From Patescibacteria group bacterium (GTDB taxonomy: Bacteria; Patescibacteriota; Patescibacteriia; Patescibacteriales; UBA12465): a stretch of DNA of 64,000 nucleotides. The stretch covers positions 1 through 64,000 of the forward strand of contig JBBACQ010000005.1 in assembly GCA_041656935.1 (NCBI GenBank), in the 5' to 3' direction. Of the stretch, positions 9,900 to 18,938 are shown piece by piece (positions within the stretch are counted from its first letter, which is position 1; every line of letters begins with the position of its first letter). Position numbers and translations under genes: made by a program. Below the pieces are notes generated by a model. It was not told the origin of the DNA. It ran no database searches and was given only the letters and a program-made list of their open reading frames with translations.

Positions 9900-11018
9900 C
9901 TACAAATATATTACTATGGCTCCGGTTGGAGTGTAATACATAGAGCTTTCCTTAACAAATTTGTTTTGGACAAAAGTTGATGTTCCGGTTCCCCAATCGT
10001 AGATATAATAATCATTCGCTGGGTTAAGAGGAAGGGTGGTGTGCCAATAGCCACTGCCAATATAAGTGGCGGTGGTTACTTGGTTCCAGGTACCAGATAA
10101 AGTATCCGTCCAGCGGAAAGTTGGGCTGGCGTCTAAAGAATAAAACCAAACATTCAAGATCCCACTACTAGGGTTAATTGAAAGCAGATTTACTTGGAAT
10201 TGTTCCTTATAATCTCCCATGGTAGTACTGGCTCCACTTGGCAAGGAAAATGTGCCACTTGGAGTTAGTGCTTGTCCGTTTTTCAAGTTGGCCTGTAAAA
10301 TATCAGTTAGCGCGGGAGGCGCATCCTGACACTTGTAAGGATCAGCTGGGTCGGCATTAAACCAAACTGGTTTTCCGGCTTTCATTATTCCGGCAATAAA
10401 CTTAACTGATAGTGGACCGGAATTGGGGGCATAACTGAAAGTGATATCAATTGAATCACCGCCAGTGGTTATTGCTATTCCGGAAAATTTTGGTAGGTAA
10501 GTAGCTGAAATATCATCAGCTCTTTCTGATATCCGGAACAGGGTATCGGCTGTCGTTACATAAATTGGTTTATTTATTCTAAATGTATAGTAGAACAAAT
10601 TTGACGAATCTACGAACGTTGAACCTAAAAAGCGAGCTCCAACCTGGGATATCCCCGGTGTGGTGCCAACCACGATAGTAATATCCCAATCAACTCCAAA
10701 ACTCTTAATGTTTAGATTATAGGTTCCGGTGTAAGTGAATAGTAGACTTATTTGGTCGGCTGAAGTAAAAGTATCCACTATTGGACCACTTAAAATCCAT
10801 TGGACGTTAGTCAATGGATCGGTCCAAAAAAGTGCTGTGATCATCGAATCCGGTATAAATACCGTTTGCTTATCAGCTACCGCCAAGCGGGCTGACATTT
10901 GTGGCGTTTTCACGAACACCTCAAAATCACCTCCTTTGTCGAAATTAAAATCTTTTTGACAAGAACTAAATCCTGCCACTAGGCCAATTATTAGGGCCAA
11001 AAATAACAACTTTTTCAT
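9900..11018 (-). CDS. Hypothetical lipoprotein (372 aa)
   Basis: Signal peptide plus lipobox (LVAGFSSC). Strong SD (AGGAGG). Composition is rich in G/T/S/P/W. One line (10021-10080) is 31/60 G+C by hand count, well above background. Confidence 0.6.
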   Translation of the reverse strand: MKKLLFLALIIGLVAGFSSCQKDFNFDKGGDFEVFVKTPQMSARLAVADKQTVFIPDSMITALFWTDPLTNVQWILSGPIVDTFTSADQISLLFTYTGTYNLNIKSFGVDWDITIVVGTTPGISQVGARFLGSTFVDSSNLFYYTFRINKPIYVTTADTLFRISERADDISATYLPKFSGIAITTGGDSIDITFSYAPNSGPLSVKFIAGIMKAGKPVWFNADPADPYKCQDAPPALTDILQANLKNGQALTPSGTFSLPSGASTTMGDYKEQFQVNLLSINPSSGILNVWFYSLDASPTFRWTDTLSGTWNQVTTATYIGSGYWHTTLPLNPANDYYIYDWGTGTSTFVQNKFVKESSMYYTPTGAIVIYL

Positions 11019-11169
11019 GATATATCCTCCTATTTTTAAGGGTTTAAAAAGAACTATTAATAGGCTACTTTAATATAAATAAAAATATTTGTCAAGACTT
11101 CTAAAAGGGCTGTATTTAGCCTTAAATCAAGTTTTTTATATTCCTTTTATATTTTTTCTAAAAAATATG

Positions 11170-11198
11170 TTTACTAAAAGCTATAATTAAGATATAAT
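11170..11198 (+). promoter_or_regulatory. Sigma70-like promoter for 11220..12551
   Basis: TTTACT (11170-75), 17-nt spacer, TATAAT (11193-98). Confidence 0.5.
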
Positions 11199-11219
11199 AA
11201 AACTATAATTTTTTTAGGT

Positions 11220-12551
11220 ATGGTTAATATTTTAGGAGTAGATATAGATAATAAATTAAATTTAGAAAACTTTTCTTCTAAGGTTAAGGGTTTTTTTATT
11301 TCTAATGAACAGCATTATATAACCACCCCTAATCCAGAAATAATTTTAAAAGCTCAAGAAGATGAAGAGCTTTTTTATATTTTAAATAAATCTAGCCTAG
11401 CTATAGCGGATGGTTTCGGATTAAAATTAGCCGGGTTATTAAGTGGTAAATGGGTAAGGCGATTAACAGGAGTTACGGCTTTATTGGAAATTTTAAAAAT
11501 AGCCGAAGAAAAAGAAAAAAAAGTTTTAATCGTAAATAATAAAAATGGTTTGTCTTCAAGTGAGGAGATTGAATCAGCTTTATCTAAAAAGTATCCCAAA
11601 TTAAATTTTTTAATAGAGAATTGTTCTTTTGATTTTTCAGTTAATGCTAAAAAAGAATTAATTTCCTTTGATTTTTTAAAAGATAATATTTTTACTAAAA
11701 TTGCTAAAAAAATAGAGAAAAAAATTAATGACAAGTTAGAATTTTTAGTACCAGACAAACTATTAGATTATTCACCAGATGTTTTAATCTGTAATTTTGG
11801 GGCACCTTATCAAGAAAAATTTATTTTTCATAATTTAGGTAAATTGCCAACCGTTAAGGCAGCTATTGGAATCGGTGGGGCCTTAGATTTTTTAACTGGA
11901 AAAATTAAACGGGCTCCTAAAATATTACGTTATCTAGGATTAGAATGGTTGTGGCGGTTAGTTAAACAACCCCAACGTTATAAAAGAATATTTAGAGCTA
12001 TTTTTGTTTTTCCAATAAAATTTTTTCAATGGCGGTTTATTAATCCCTTGTTTTATAGAAGAAATGTAATTTGTTTGTTGTATAGAAAAAAGGAGATTCC
12101 CTATACAGCCTTAGAAAACAAAAAAAGAAGCCCGCTAGAACATTATCAAGTTTTATTAGTAGAAAGAAGTGAGGAGGCTGGGCATTGGCAATTACCTCAA
12201 GGGGGAATAGAAAGTAATACCATTAAACGAGCCGGTAGTAGGGAATTATATGAGGAATTAGGTATCGAAAGTTTTTTACCAAAAAAGATATATAGGAATC
12301 TTTTTAAATATAAAACTAATCATCAAGGACGTTATGGTTTTAAAGGTCAAAAACAAAGCTTATTAATTGCCGAATATAAAGGAAGTGACGCTGATATAAA
12401 GTTAAATTTTTGGGATCATTCTGCTTGGAAATGGATTAAAGCGACTGATTTAGTAGATGAGGTTTACCCCCTAAGAAAAGAGGGTGCTAAAATATTTTTG
12501 AAGAAATTAGAAAACTATATCGAGACAAATTTAAATAAAAAATATGAATAA
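11220..12551 (+). CDS. Fusion protein: WecG/TagA/CpsF-family (GT26) glycosyltransferase plus C-terminal NUDIX hydrolase
   Basis: The N-terminal ~265 aa contain ILGVDID...TTPNPEIILKAQED...IADGFGL...FGAPYQEKFI...GIGGALDFLTGKIKRAPKILRYLGLEWLWRLVKQPQRYKR, which is the GT26 signature. The C-terminus has the NUDIX box GGIESNTIKRAGSRELYEELGI. Confidence 0.75.
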   Translation: MVNILGVDIDNKLNLENFSSKVKGFFISNEQHYITTPNPEIILKAQEDEELFYILNKSSLAIADGFGLKLAGLLSGKWVRRLTGVTALLEILKIAEEKEKKVLIVNNKNGLSSSEEIESALSKKYPKLNFLIENCSFDFSVNAKKELISFDFLKDNIFTKIAKKIEKKINDKLEFLVPDKLLDYSPDVLICNFGAPYQEKFIFHNLGKLPTVKAAIGIGGALDFLTGKIKRAPKILRYLGLEWLWRLVKQPQRYKRIFRAIFVFPIKFFQWRFINPLFYRRNVICLLYRKKEIPYTALENKKRSPLEHYQVLLVERSEEAGHWQLPQGGIESNTIKRAGSRELYEELGIESFLPKKIYRNLFKYKTNHQGRYGFKGQKQSLLIAEYKGSDADIKLNFWDHSAWKWIKATDLVDEVYPLRKEGAKIFLKKLENYIETNLNKKYE

Positions 12552-13998
12552 TAAAATTCGTTTACGTTTTGCACCATCACCAACTGGCTTTTTACATATC
12601 GGAAATTTACGTTCGGCTTTGTTTGGTTATCTACTAGCTAAAAATTTAAAAGGTGATTTTATTTTGCGAATTGAAGATACTGATCAGAAAAGGGAAGTAA
12701 GTGGAGCTGTCCAAAGTTTATTAGATATTTTATCCTGGTCAGGTATAACATTTGACGAGGGACCACACCTTGGTGGTGATTTTGGCCCCTATATTCAAAC
12801 TCAGCGTTTGGAAATTTATCAAAAATATATCAATGAATTATTAGCTAAAGATGGAGCCTATCATTGTTTCTGTTCAGAAAAAAGATTAGAGGAGATGCGA
12901 GCTGATCAACAAAAAAATAAACAAGCCCCTAAATATGATGGCTATTGTCGAAATTTGAAGAAGGAAGAAGTATTGGAAAAGATAAAAAATGGTGAAAGTT
13001 ATATTATTAGACAGAAAATACCAGCCGACACTTCCATTGAGGTTCAAGATGAACTTCGAGGAAAGATAACTTTTAAAACCAGTGATTTAGATGATCATGT
13101 TTTAATTAAATCAAATGGTATTCCAACTTATCAATTCGCTAATATTATTGACGACCATTTAATGGAAATAAGTCATGTAACTCGGGGGGATGAATGGATA
13201 GCTAGCTTTCCTAAAAATGCTTTACTATATCAGGCCTTCGGTTGGGAAATGCCAAAATTTATTCATTTACCTTTAATTTTAAATAAGGGCGGTGGAAAAC
13301 TAAGTAAAAGACAGGGCGATGTTTTTGTAGAAGATTATCGAACGGCTGGATACTTACCTGAAGCCATAATTAATTTTTGTGCTTTATTGGGCTGGCATCC
13401 TCAAGATGATCAAGAAATTTTAACTCTAGATGAAATTATTGAAAAGTTTTCTATTACTGAAATGGGAACCTCGCCGGCAGTTTTTGATGTAGAAAAATTG
13501 GATTATTTAAATGGTTATTATATTCGTCAAAAAAGCGTAGAAGAATTAGGAGAACTTTGCCGACCTTATTTAATAAAAGATGGGCTAATAACTCCAGAGA
13601 CCGATCCAGAACTTCTTAACCGAGCTATTTCGGTGTCGCAAGAAAGATTAAAAAAATTAAAAGATATAAATGAGTTAAGTTTTTATTTATTTAGGGATGA
13701 CATTGTTTATGATGAAGGTTTATTAATTTGGAAAAATTTAAGTTTGGTTGAGGTTAAAAATAATTTAAGAGAAGTTTATGATTTCTTAGATAAGATTAAA
13801 GAAGGGGATTGGAAGGAAAAATTTTTGGAGAAAGAGGTACTAGATTATTTAAAAAATAACGATAAAAAAAATGGCGATTATTTATGGCCATTAAGAGTAT
13901 CTTTATCAGGGCAGAAAAATAGTCCGAGTCCTTTTCAATTAGCTTGGGTTTTAGGTAAAAAGAAGAGTTTAGACAGAATAAAAAAAGCATCTTTATAA
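12544..13998 (+). CDS. gltX: Glutamyl-tRNA synthetase
   Basis: RFAPSPTGFLHIGNLRSALF (HIGH) and KLSKRQG (KMSKS). Its start overlaps the previous gene by 8 nt. Confidence 0.9.
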   Translation: MNNKIRLRFAPSPTGFLHIGNLRSALFGYLLAKNLKGDFILRIEDTDQKREVSGAVQSLLDILSWSGITFDEGPHLGGDFGPYIQTQRLEIYQKYINELLAKDGAYHCFCSEKRLEEMRADQQKNKQAPKYDGYCRNLKKEEVLEKIKNGESYIIRQKIPADTSIEVQDELRGKITFKTSDLDDHVLIKSNGIPTYQFANIIDDHLMEISHVTRGDEWIASFPKNALLYQAFGWEMPKFIHLPLILNKGGGKLSKRQGDVFVEDYRTAGYLPEAIINFCALLGWHPQDDQEILTLDEIIEKFSITEMGTSPAVFDVEKLDYLNGYYIRQKSVEELGELCRPYLIKDGLITPETDPELLNRAISVSQERLKKLKDINELSFYLFRDDIVYDEGLLIWKNLSLVEVKNNLREVYDFLDKIKEGDWKEKFLEKEVLDYLKNNDKKNGDYLWPLRVSLSGQKNSPSPFQLAWVLGKKKSLDRIKKASL

Positions 13999-14002
13999 AC
14001 TA

Positions 14003-14635
14003 TTAGAGCTTAGCGATTTTATTAGCCGGAATTGAAAAAGGGGCAAAGCTTAAACGATGAATTGGACAAGGCCCATATAAACTTATCATTTCCATATGTA
14101 GTTTAGTTCCATATCCTTTGTGTTTGTCAAAACGATATAAAGGATATTTTTTATGAAATTCTTCCATTAAGAAGTCACGACTCACTTTAGCAATAATTGA
14201 CGCCATGGCAATGCTAAAAATTAAATTATCGCCAGAGACAATAGCCTCTTGAGGAATATTTACTTTTGGTATTTTAAATTTACCATCAACTAAAATAATA
14301 TCTGGTTCTAAATTAGTTTTTTTTAAAGCCTTTCTCATTGATAAAAAACTAGCTTGTAAAATATTTACTTTATCAACAACATTATTATCACAAATACCAA
14401 TTTCTACCGCTTTAACACTTTTTTTAATAATTGGAAATAATAGTTGACGTTGTTTACTATTCAATTTTTTAGAATCCCTAATTTTTTCTAATTCCGGAGT
14501 AATTTTGAAACTTGAATCAATAATAACACAAGCGCTAACCACTGGTCCCGCCAATGGTCCTCGTCCAACTTCATCTAATGAGGCAATCAATTTATGTCCC
14601 TGATTGAATAATTCTTGTTCTTTATTTAAATTCAT
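14003..14635 (-). CDS. rnhB: Ribonuclease HII
   Basis: DEVGRGPLAGPVV and DSKKL motifs. The ~210 aa size fits. Confidence 0.9.
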   Translation of the reverse strand: MNLNKEQELFNQGHKLIASLDEVGRGPLAGPVVSACVIIDSSFKITPELEKIRDSKKLNSKQRQLLFPIIKKSVKAVEIGICDNNVVDKVNILQASFLSMRKALKKTNLEPDIILVDGKFKIPKVNIPQEAIVSGDNLIFSIAMASIIAKVSRDFLMEEFHKKYPLYRFDKHKGYGTKLHMEMISLYGPCPIHRLSFAPFSIPANKIAKL

Positions 14636-14702
14636 AAAAAAATGTTATAATACTATTTTAACATATAAAAACCTCTCTTACAAAAAAATAAAAAGATTAA
14701 TT

Positions 14703-17168
14703 ATGAAATTTAATCCCGAACAACAGAATATCATAACTAGCCTGTGGGGAGCTTATTTAATAAATGCTCCAGTAGGAACAGGTAAAACCACGGTTCTAAC
14801 CGAGCGTATTATTGAAGCTATGAAAGAAGGCGTCTGCCCCGATGAGATTTTAGCCCTTACTTTTACTAATCGAGCAGCTGATGAAATGAAGAATAGGATT
14901 AAGGAAAGAATCGATGAAAAAAATGATTTCGATCTTTTAACTATTAATACCTTCCATGGTTTTTGCGCCCACTTTATTAAAACTGAGGCTAAAAATATCG
15001 GAGTATCACCTGACTTCGTAATTCTAGATGAAAATGAACAAATAGAAATAGCTCGAGATATTTTCGTTAAAGCTAAAATATCCTTTCCTGAAAAAAATAG
15101 AGAAGTTTTAAATATTTTAGAGAACTTCTATAAATATCGCTTATCATTATTCCAACAGGAAATGGGCCACAAAATACCAATCAAAAAAATACCACCGGAC
15201 TTAATTGTTTTTGGAGAGGAATATTTAAACAAACTAACTGAACAAAATTCCTTAGATTTTAACGAACTGGTTTTTTTAACCTTAAAGACCTTAATGACTA
15301 ACAAAGAGGTTAATGAAAAATGGTCTAAAAGATTTCGCTTTATTCAATTAGATGAATTTCAAGATACCCATATTTCTGAATATTTAGTTATTAAAGAGTT
15401 GGCTAAAAATCATAAAAATGTGGCTTTGATTGGTGATATTGATCAAACAATTTATAGCTTTAGAGATTCTCAGCCAGTATTTATTGCTGAATTATTTAAA
15501 GATCATTTTTCTCCAGTTAAGGAATTTAATTTAAAAATTAACTATCGATCTAATCCATCTTTGATAAAAGCTTTTATGTCCGTCTTGAAAAATATGGAAG
15601 CTCCACAAACCAAAATATTGAATAGTGGCCTGTTAGAAGATGCTAATGATTCCACTCAGATTATAAACTTATTTAGAGGGTATAATTTTAAAGAAGAGGT
15701 TCTCTGGACAATTGATAATATAAAAAAAATAAAAGCGCAAAATCCTCAAGCTAAAATTGCCGTTTTACATCGGGCTAATTATTTAATAAATAAAACTGCT
15801 CAAGTTTTTTCAGAAAATAATATTTCTTTTTTAACCGTAGACCAGTACGACTTCTTTAAACGTCAAGAAATAAAAGATATTTTTAGTTATTTAAAAATAT
15901 TATTTAATAAAAATGATCTTTTCTCTGCTAGAAGAATTATCGAGCGTCCCGCTAAAAATATTGGTGAAGAAACATTTAAAAAAATATATTTGGAAGGGAA
16001 GTCTTGCGGTCTTAATTTATCCGATTTTCTGGATTTTAAAAATTATAGTTTTTTAGAACCATTGGGTGAATTTATTAAATATGAAAAAGAAGGAAGAATT
16101 ATAGTCTTAGATACAGAAACTACCGGCATTAATCCGGTTAATGATGAAATTGTTCAAATTTATGCTCGTGAAATTAAGAACGGAAAATTAGGTGAAGAAT
16201 TTCATTTTTATCTTAAAAATAAAAAACCAGTAGGCTCTTCTTATTTTGTTCATAAGATTAGTGATGAATTTTTGGCTCAAAAAGGAGACGACCCTAAGAA
16301 AGTATTGGGCGACTTAAAAAAATTTATTGGAGATTCGGCGGTAGCCGGACACAATGTTCTATTTGATCTAAACATGATTAAAGAAAATTCTAAAAGACAC
16401 CATATTAATATTGAGTTTAATAATTATTATGATACCTTAGATTTAGCTAGAAGATTTTTAAATTTAACTAGTTATAAATTAAATAATATCTCGCAACATT
16501 TAAATTTTAAAACAGCCACTCATAGTGCTGACGATGATGTTGGAGCTACTATTGAATTGATGTTTTATTTGATGGCTCAAGCTAAAAAGAAAAAAGAAGA
16601 ACGAATTGTTTTGTGGAATAAGTTTAAGGCTAAATTTTTGAATATTAGTTTGGCGATAAATAATTGGCAAAAGCAAATAGACAAAAAAAGACCAGTAGAA
16701 TTATTAGATTATTTATGGACAGAGTCGGGCCTAGGTGAGTTTTATAAAAATGATAAAAACCACGAACAGAGATCTAAATCTTTTACTACTTTAAAAACTT
16801 TTTTTGAACAAAAAGATGATAAAAATTTAGATACCAAATCGTCTCTGCATAATTTAATTCATTTTGCCGGACTGGTAAAAAATATAGACTTTCTGGGGCT
16901 AGAGCAAGGGAAGGTGCCTATTGTAACCATTCATCAAGTTAAGGGGCTGGAATTTGATTATGTTTTCTTATTAGGTTTAAACGAAGGGACTTTTCCTCTC
17001 TTTAAGTCAGACAATCTTGAAGAGGAGAAACGTTTATTCTACGTGGCCTTAACCCGGGCTAAGGAGGGGGTATTCTTGTCTTACAGTAGTTTTAATGACT
17101 ATAATTATCCACTAGCTAAAAGTCGCTTAATTAGCTTGATAGACCCTTCATTCTTTCTAGAAAAATAG
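14703..17168 (+). CDS. UvrD/PcrA-type superfamily 1 DNA helicase with an internal DnaQ-like DEDDh 3'-5' exonuclease domain
   Basis: The start is trimmed to the ATG at 14703 (MKFNPEQQNIITS). Helicase motifs: NAPVGTGKTT (I), QLDEFQDT (II), VTIHQVKGLEFDYVFL and RLFYVALTRAK (V/VI). Nested between them, at about nt 16090-16580, are Exo I VLDTETTG, Exo II GHNVLFDLNMI and Exo III HSADDDVGAT. Confidence 0.85.
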   Translation: MKFNPEQQNIITSLWGAYLINAPVGTGKTTVLTERIIEAMKEGVCPDEILALTFTNRAADEMKNRIKERIDEKNDFDLLTINTFHGFCAHFIKTEAKNIGVSPDFVILDENEQIEIARDIFVKAKISFPEKNREVLNILENFYKYRLSLFQQEMGHKIPIKKIPPDLIVFGEEYLNKLTEQNSLDFNELVFLTLKTLMTNKEVNEKWSKRFRFIQLDEFQDTHISEYLVIKELAKNHKNVALIGDIDQTIYSFRDSQPVFIAELFKDHFSPVKEFNLKINYRSNPSLIKAFMSVLKNMEAPQTKILNSGLLEDANDSTQIINLFRGYNFKEEVLWTIDNIKKIKAQNPQAKIAVLHRANYLINKTAQVFSENNISFLTVDQYDFFKRQEIKDIFSYLKILFNKNDLFSARRIIERPAKNIGEETFKKIYLEGKSCGLNLSDFLDFKNYSFLEPLGEFIKYEKEGRIIVLDTETTGINPVNDEIVQIYAREIKNGKLGEEFHFYLKNKKPVGSSYFVHKISDEFLAQKGDDPKKVLGDLKKFIGDSAVAGHNVLFDLNMIKENSKRHHINIEFNNYYDTLDLARRFLNLTSYKLNNISQHLNFKTATHSADDDVGATIELMFYLMAQAKKKKEERIVLWNKFKAKFLNISLAINNWQKQIDKKRPVELLDYLWTESGLGEFYKNDKNHEQRSKSFTTLKTFFEQKDDKNLDTKSSLHNLIHFAGLVKNIDFLGLEQGKVPIVTIHQVKGLEFDYVFLLGLNEGTFPLFKSDNLEEEKRLFYVALTRAKEGVFLSYSSFNDYNYPLAKSRLISLIDPSFFLEK

Positions 17169-17264
17169 GGTAAAATAGAAATAAAATTAATCTTTCATAG
17201 CTATAATTTTAGCTTTTGGGGAATAAATATTGCTTTTTTTTGTAAAATATGATATATTGTTTTT

Positions 17265-18509
17265 ATGAATAAAAACACCAACAAATTTAATTTAATTTTA
17301 ATAGCTATTTTATTAATATCTGGTATTTTTTTACTTAGATCAACTACCGCTATTTCTCAATATGAAGATGAGCTAGATCAGGAGATTGGAGAGCTAAATG
17401 AACAGATTCAAGGACAAAAGAAACAATTAGAGAATCTACAAAAAAGACAAGAAGAATACAGTAGACTGATAAAAAGTAAGGAACAAGAAAAAAATACCCT
17501 ACAGAATCAATTAGAAATATTAGATAATCGTTTTAAAAAAGCCGAATTAGAAATAGAAGAGGCTATTTTAGAAATTAGTAAAAATAATTTAGAAATTAAA
17601 AAGATAGAGATTGATATTGAAAATAAAAATGATTCAATTGAACAAGATAAAAATCATATCTCTAATTTATTAAAAATAATGTATAAGCAAGGGCAAGCTA
17701 CTCCCTTAGAAATTATTTTATTAAACGATTCTTTGTCTGATTTTATAGATCAATTAACCTATCTAGAAAATACCAATAAAGAAATAGGGAAGAGCTTAGC
17801 TCTTTTAAAAGATAATAAAGAAAAGCTAGACGAACAGAAAAAAGTATTAGAAGAAAAAAAGATAAAATTAGATGAATTAAAAAAAGAGTTAGAAAACAAA
17901 AAAAATATATTAGAAGGAGAGATGGCCAATAAAGAATTTATTTTAACTGAAACTAAAAAATCAGAAAAAGAATATCAGAAACTTTTAGAAATGGCCAAAA
18001 AAGAAAATGATCGAGCCATGGCCGACATCGCTTCTCTAGAAAAAACTGTTAGAGAAAAATTAGCCCAAAAATCTAATAGTGGCCTAGAAGACAAAGTAGA
18101 TGGATTTTCTTGGCCCGTAGCTAAAAATACTGTAACTGCTTATTTTCATGACCCTTCTTATCCTTTCAGGAAGACCATTGGGGAACACTCAGGAATAGAT
18201 ATTAGAGCCTCACAGGGCACAACCCTAAGGGCATCAGCTGATGGTTATGTGGCCCGAGTAAAATTCAATGGAAGCACTAGTTATGCTTATATTATGATAA
18301 TTCATGGAGATAACTTTTCTACTGTTTATGGGCATGTTTCTTCCGTCAGTGTTGGGGAAGATGAATATGTAACTGGAGGACAAATTATTGGTCGAACTGG
18401 AGGAGCACCACGAACTCCCGGGGCTGGACCTTTTTCTACCGGACCGCATCTTCATTTTGAAATCAGAAAGAATGGAATCCCAGTAAATCCTTTAAATTAT
18501 TTACCATAA
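17265..18509 (+). CDS. M23-family peptidoglycan metalloendopeptidase with N-terminal coiled coil (EnvC-like)
   Basis: TM anchor followed by a long E/K/L/Q heptad-rich region. The C-terminal M23 motifs are HSGIDIRA and GPHLHFEIRKNG. Confidence 0.85.
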   Translation: MNKNTNKFNLILIAILLISGIFLLRSTTAISQYEDELDQEIGELNEQIQGQKKQLENLQKRQEEYSRLIKSKEQEKNTLQNQLEILDNRFKKAELEIEEAILEISKNNLEIKKIEIDIENKNDSIEQDKNHISNLLKIMYKQGQATPLEIILLNDSLSDFIDQLTYLENTNKEIGKSLALLKDNKEKLDEQKKVLEEKKIKLDELKKELENKKNILEGEMANKEFILTETKKSEKEYQKLLEMAKKENDRAMADIASLEKTVREKLAQKSNSGLEDKVDGFSWPVAKNTVTAYFHDPSYPFRKTIGEHSGIDIRASQGTTLRASADGYVARVKFNGSTSYAYIMIIHGDNFSTVYGHVSSVSVGEDEYVTGGQIIGRTGGAPRTPGAGPFSTGPHLHFEIRKNGIPVNPLNYLP

Positions 18510-18539
18510 AAATTTATATAAAAACAAAGGAGGAAAAAA

Positions 18540-18884
18540 ATGATAGATTTTTTTTATATGACTTTAATGTTTTTCTCTCTTATTTTCCTAATATTTTTAA
18601 TAATCTTAACTTATTTAGCTCATCCTTGGACTTCAGCTAAAAAGGTTAAGAAAATATTAGGGAGTCAGAAAAGCTGGGTCATTGAAAACAAAAAAGTTCC
18701 ATTATCATTTCGGAGCTTGCAGAGAATAAAAGAGCAGAATAGAAAAAACCGAAGACGAAACAGTGAATTTCGTTGGATTGTTTCTAACATCCAAAAATCT
18801 GGGATATTAGAAAAGTCAAAAAAAATAAATCTTAATAAAGATAATTTCTATCTTTATTATATAAAAACACACTACTTAAAGTAG
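18540..18884 (+). CDS. Hypothetical small membrane protein with a basic tail
   Basis: Very strong SD (AAAGGAGG, 7 nt before the ATG). One N-terminal TM helix, then a Lys/Arg-rich region (KEQNRKNRRRNSEFR). A terminator follows. Confidence 0.4.
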   Translation: MIDFFYMTLMFFSLIFLIFLIILTYLAHPWTSAKKVKKILGSQKSWVIENKKVPLSFRSLQRIKEQNRKNRRRNSEFRWIVSNIQKSGILEKSKKINLNKDNFYLYYIKTHYLK

Positions 18885-18892
18885 GCCAAAAA

Positions 18893-18922
18893 TAAAATCG
18901 GACAACACTTCCGATTTTTTTA
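18893..18922. terminator. Bidirectional rho-independent terminator between 18540..18884 (+) and the recombinase gene (-)
   Basis: AAATCGGA-caacact-TCCGATTT followed by a T-run. An A/T-rich run on the other side gives a T-rich tail on the minus strand. Confidence 0.7.
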
Positions 18923-18938
18923 TTTTCCTAAATTTTTA

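Noticed and set aside
11375-11758. Antisense or overlapping ORFs of 60-130 aa inside longer genes. Examples are 7367..7555, 10735..10959, 11375..11758, 13796..13990, 18234..18455, 22480..22785, 23431..23679, 29122..29511, 29919..30195, 31782..32015, 34726..34950, 43971..44336, 50318..50515, 52653..52865, 53878..54126, 56503..56877, 59550..59732 and 61577..62143.
   Set aside because: Each lies fully or mostly inside a well-supported CDS on the opposite strand or in another frame. All have low-complexity or Ser/Leu/Ile/Phe-rich translations typical of shadow ORFs in AT-rich DNA, and none has start signals.
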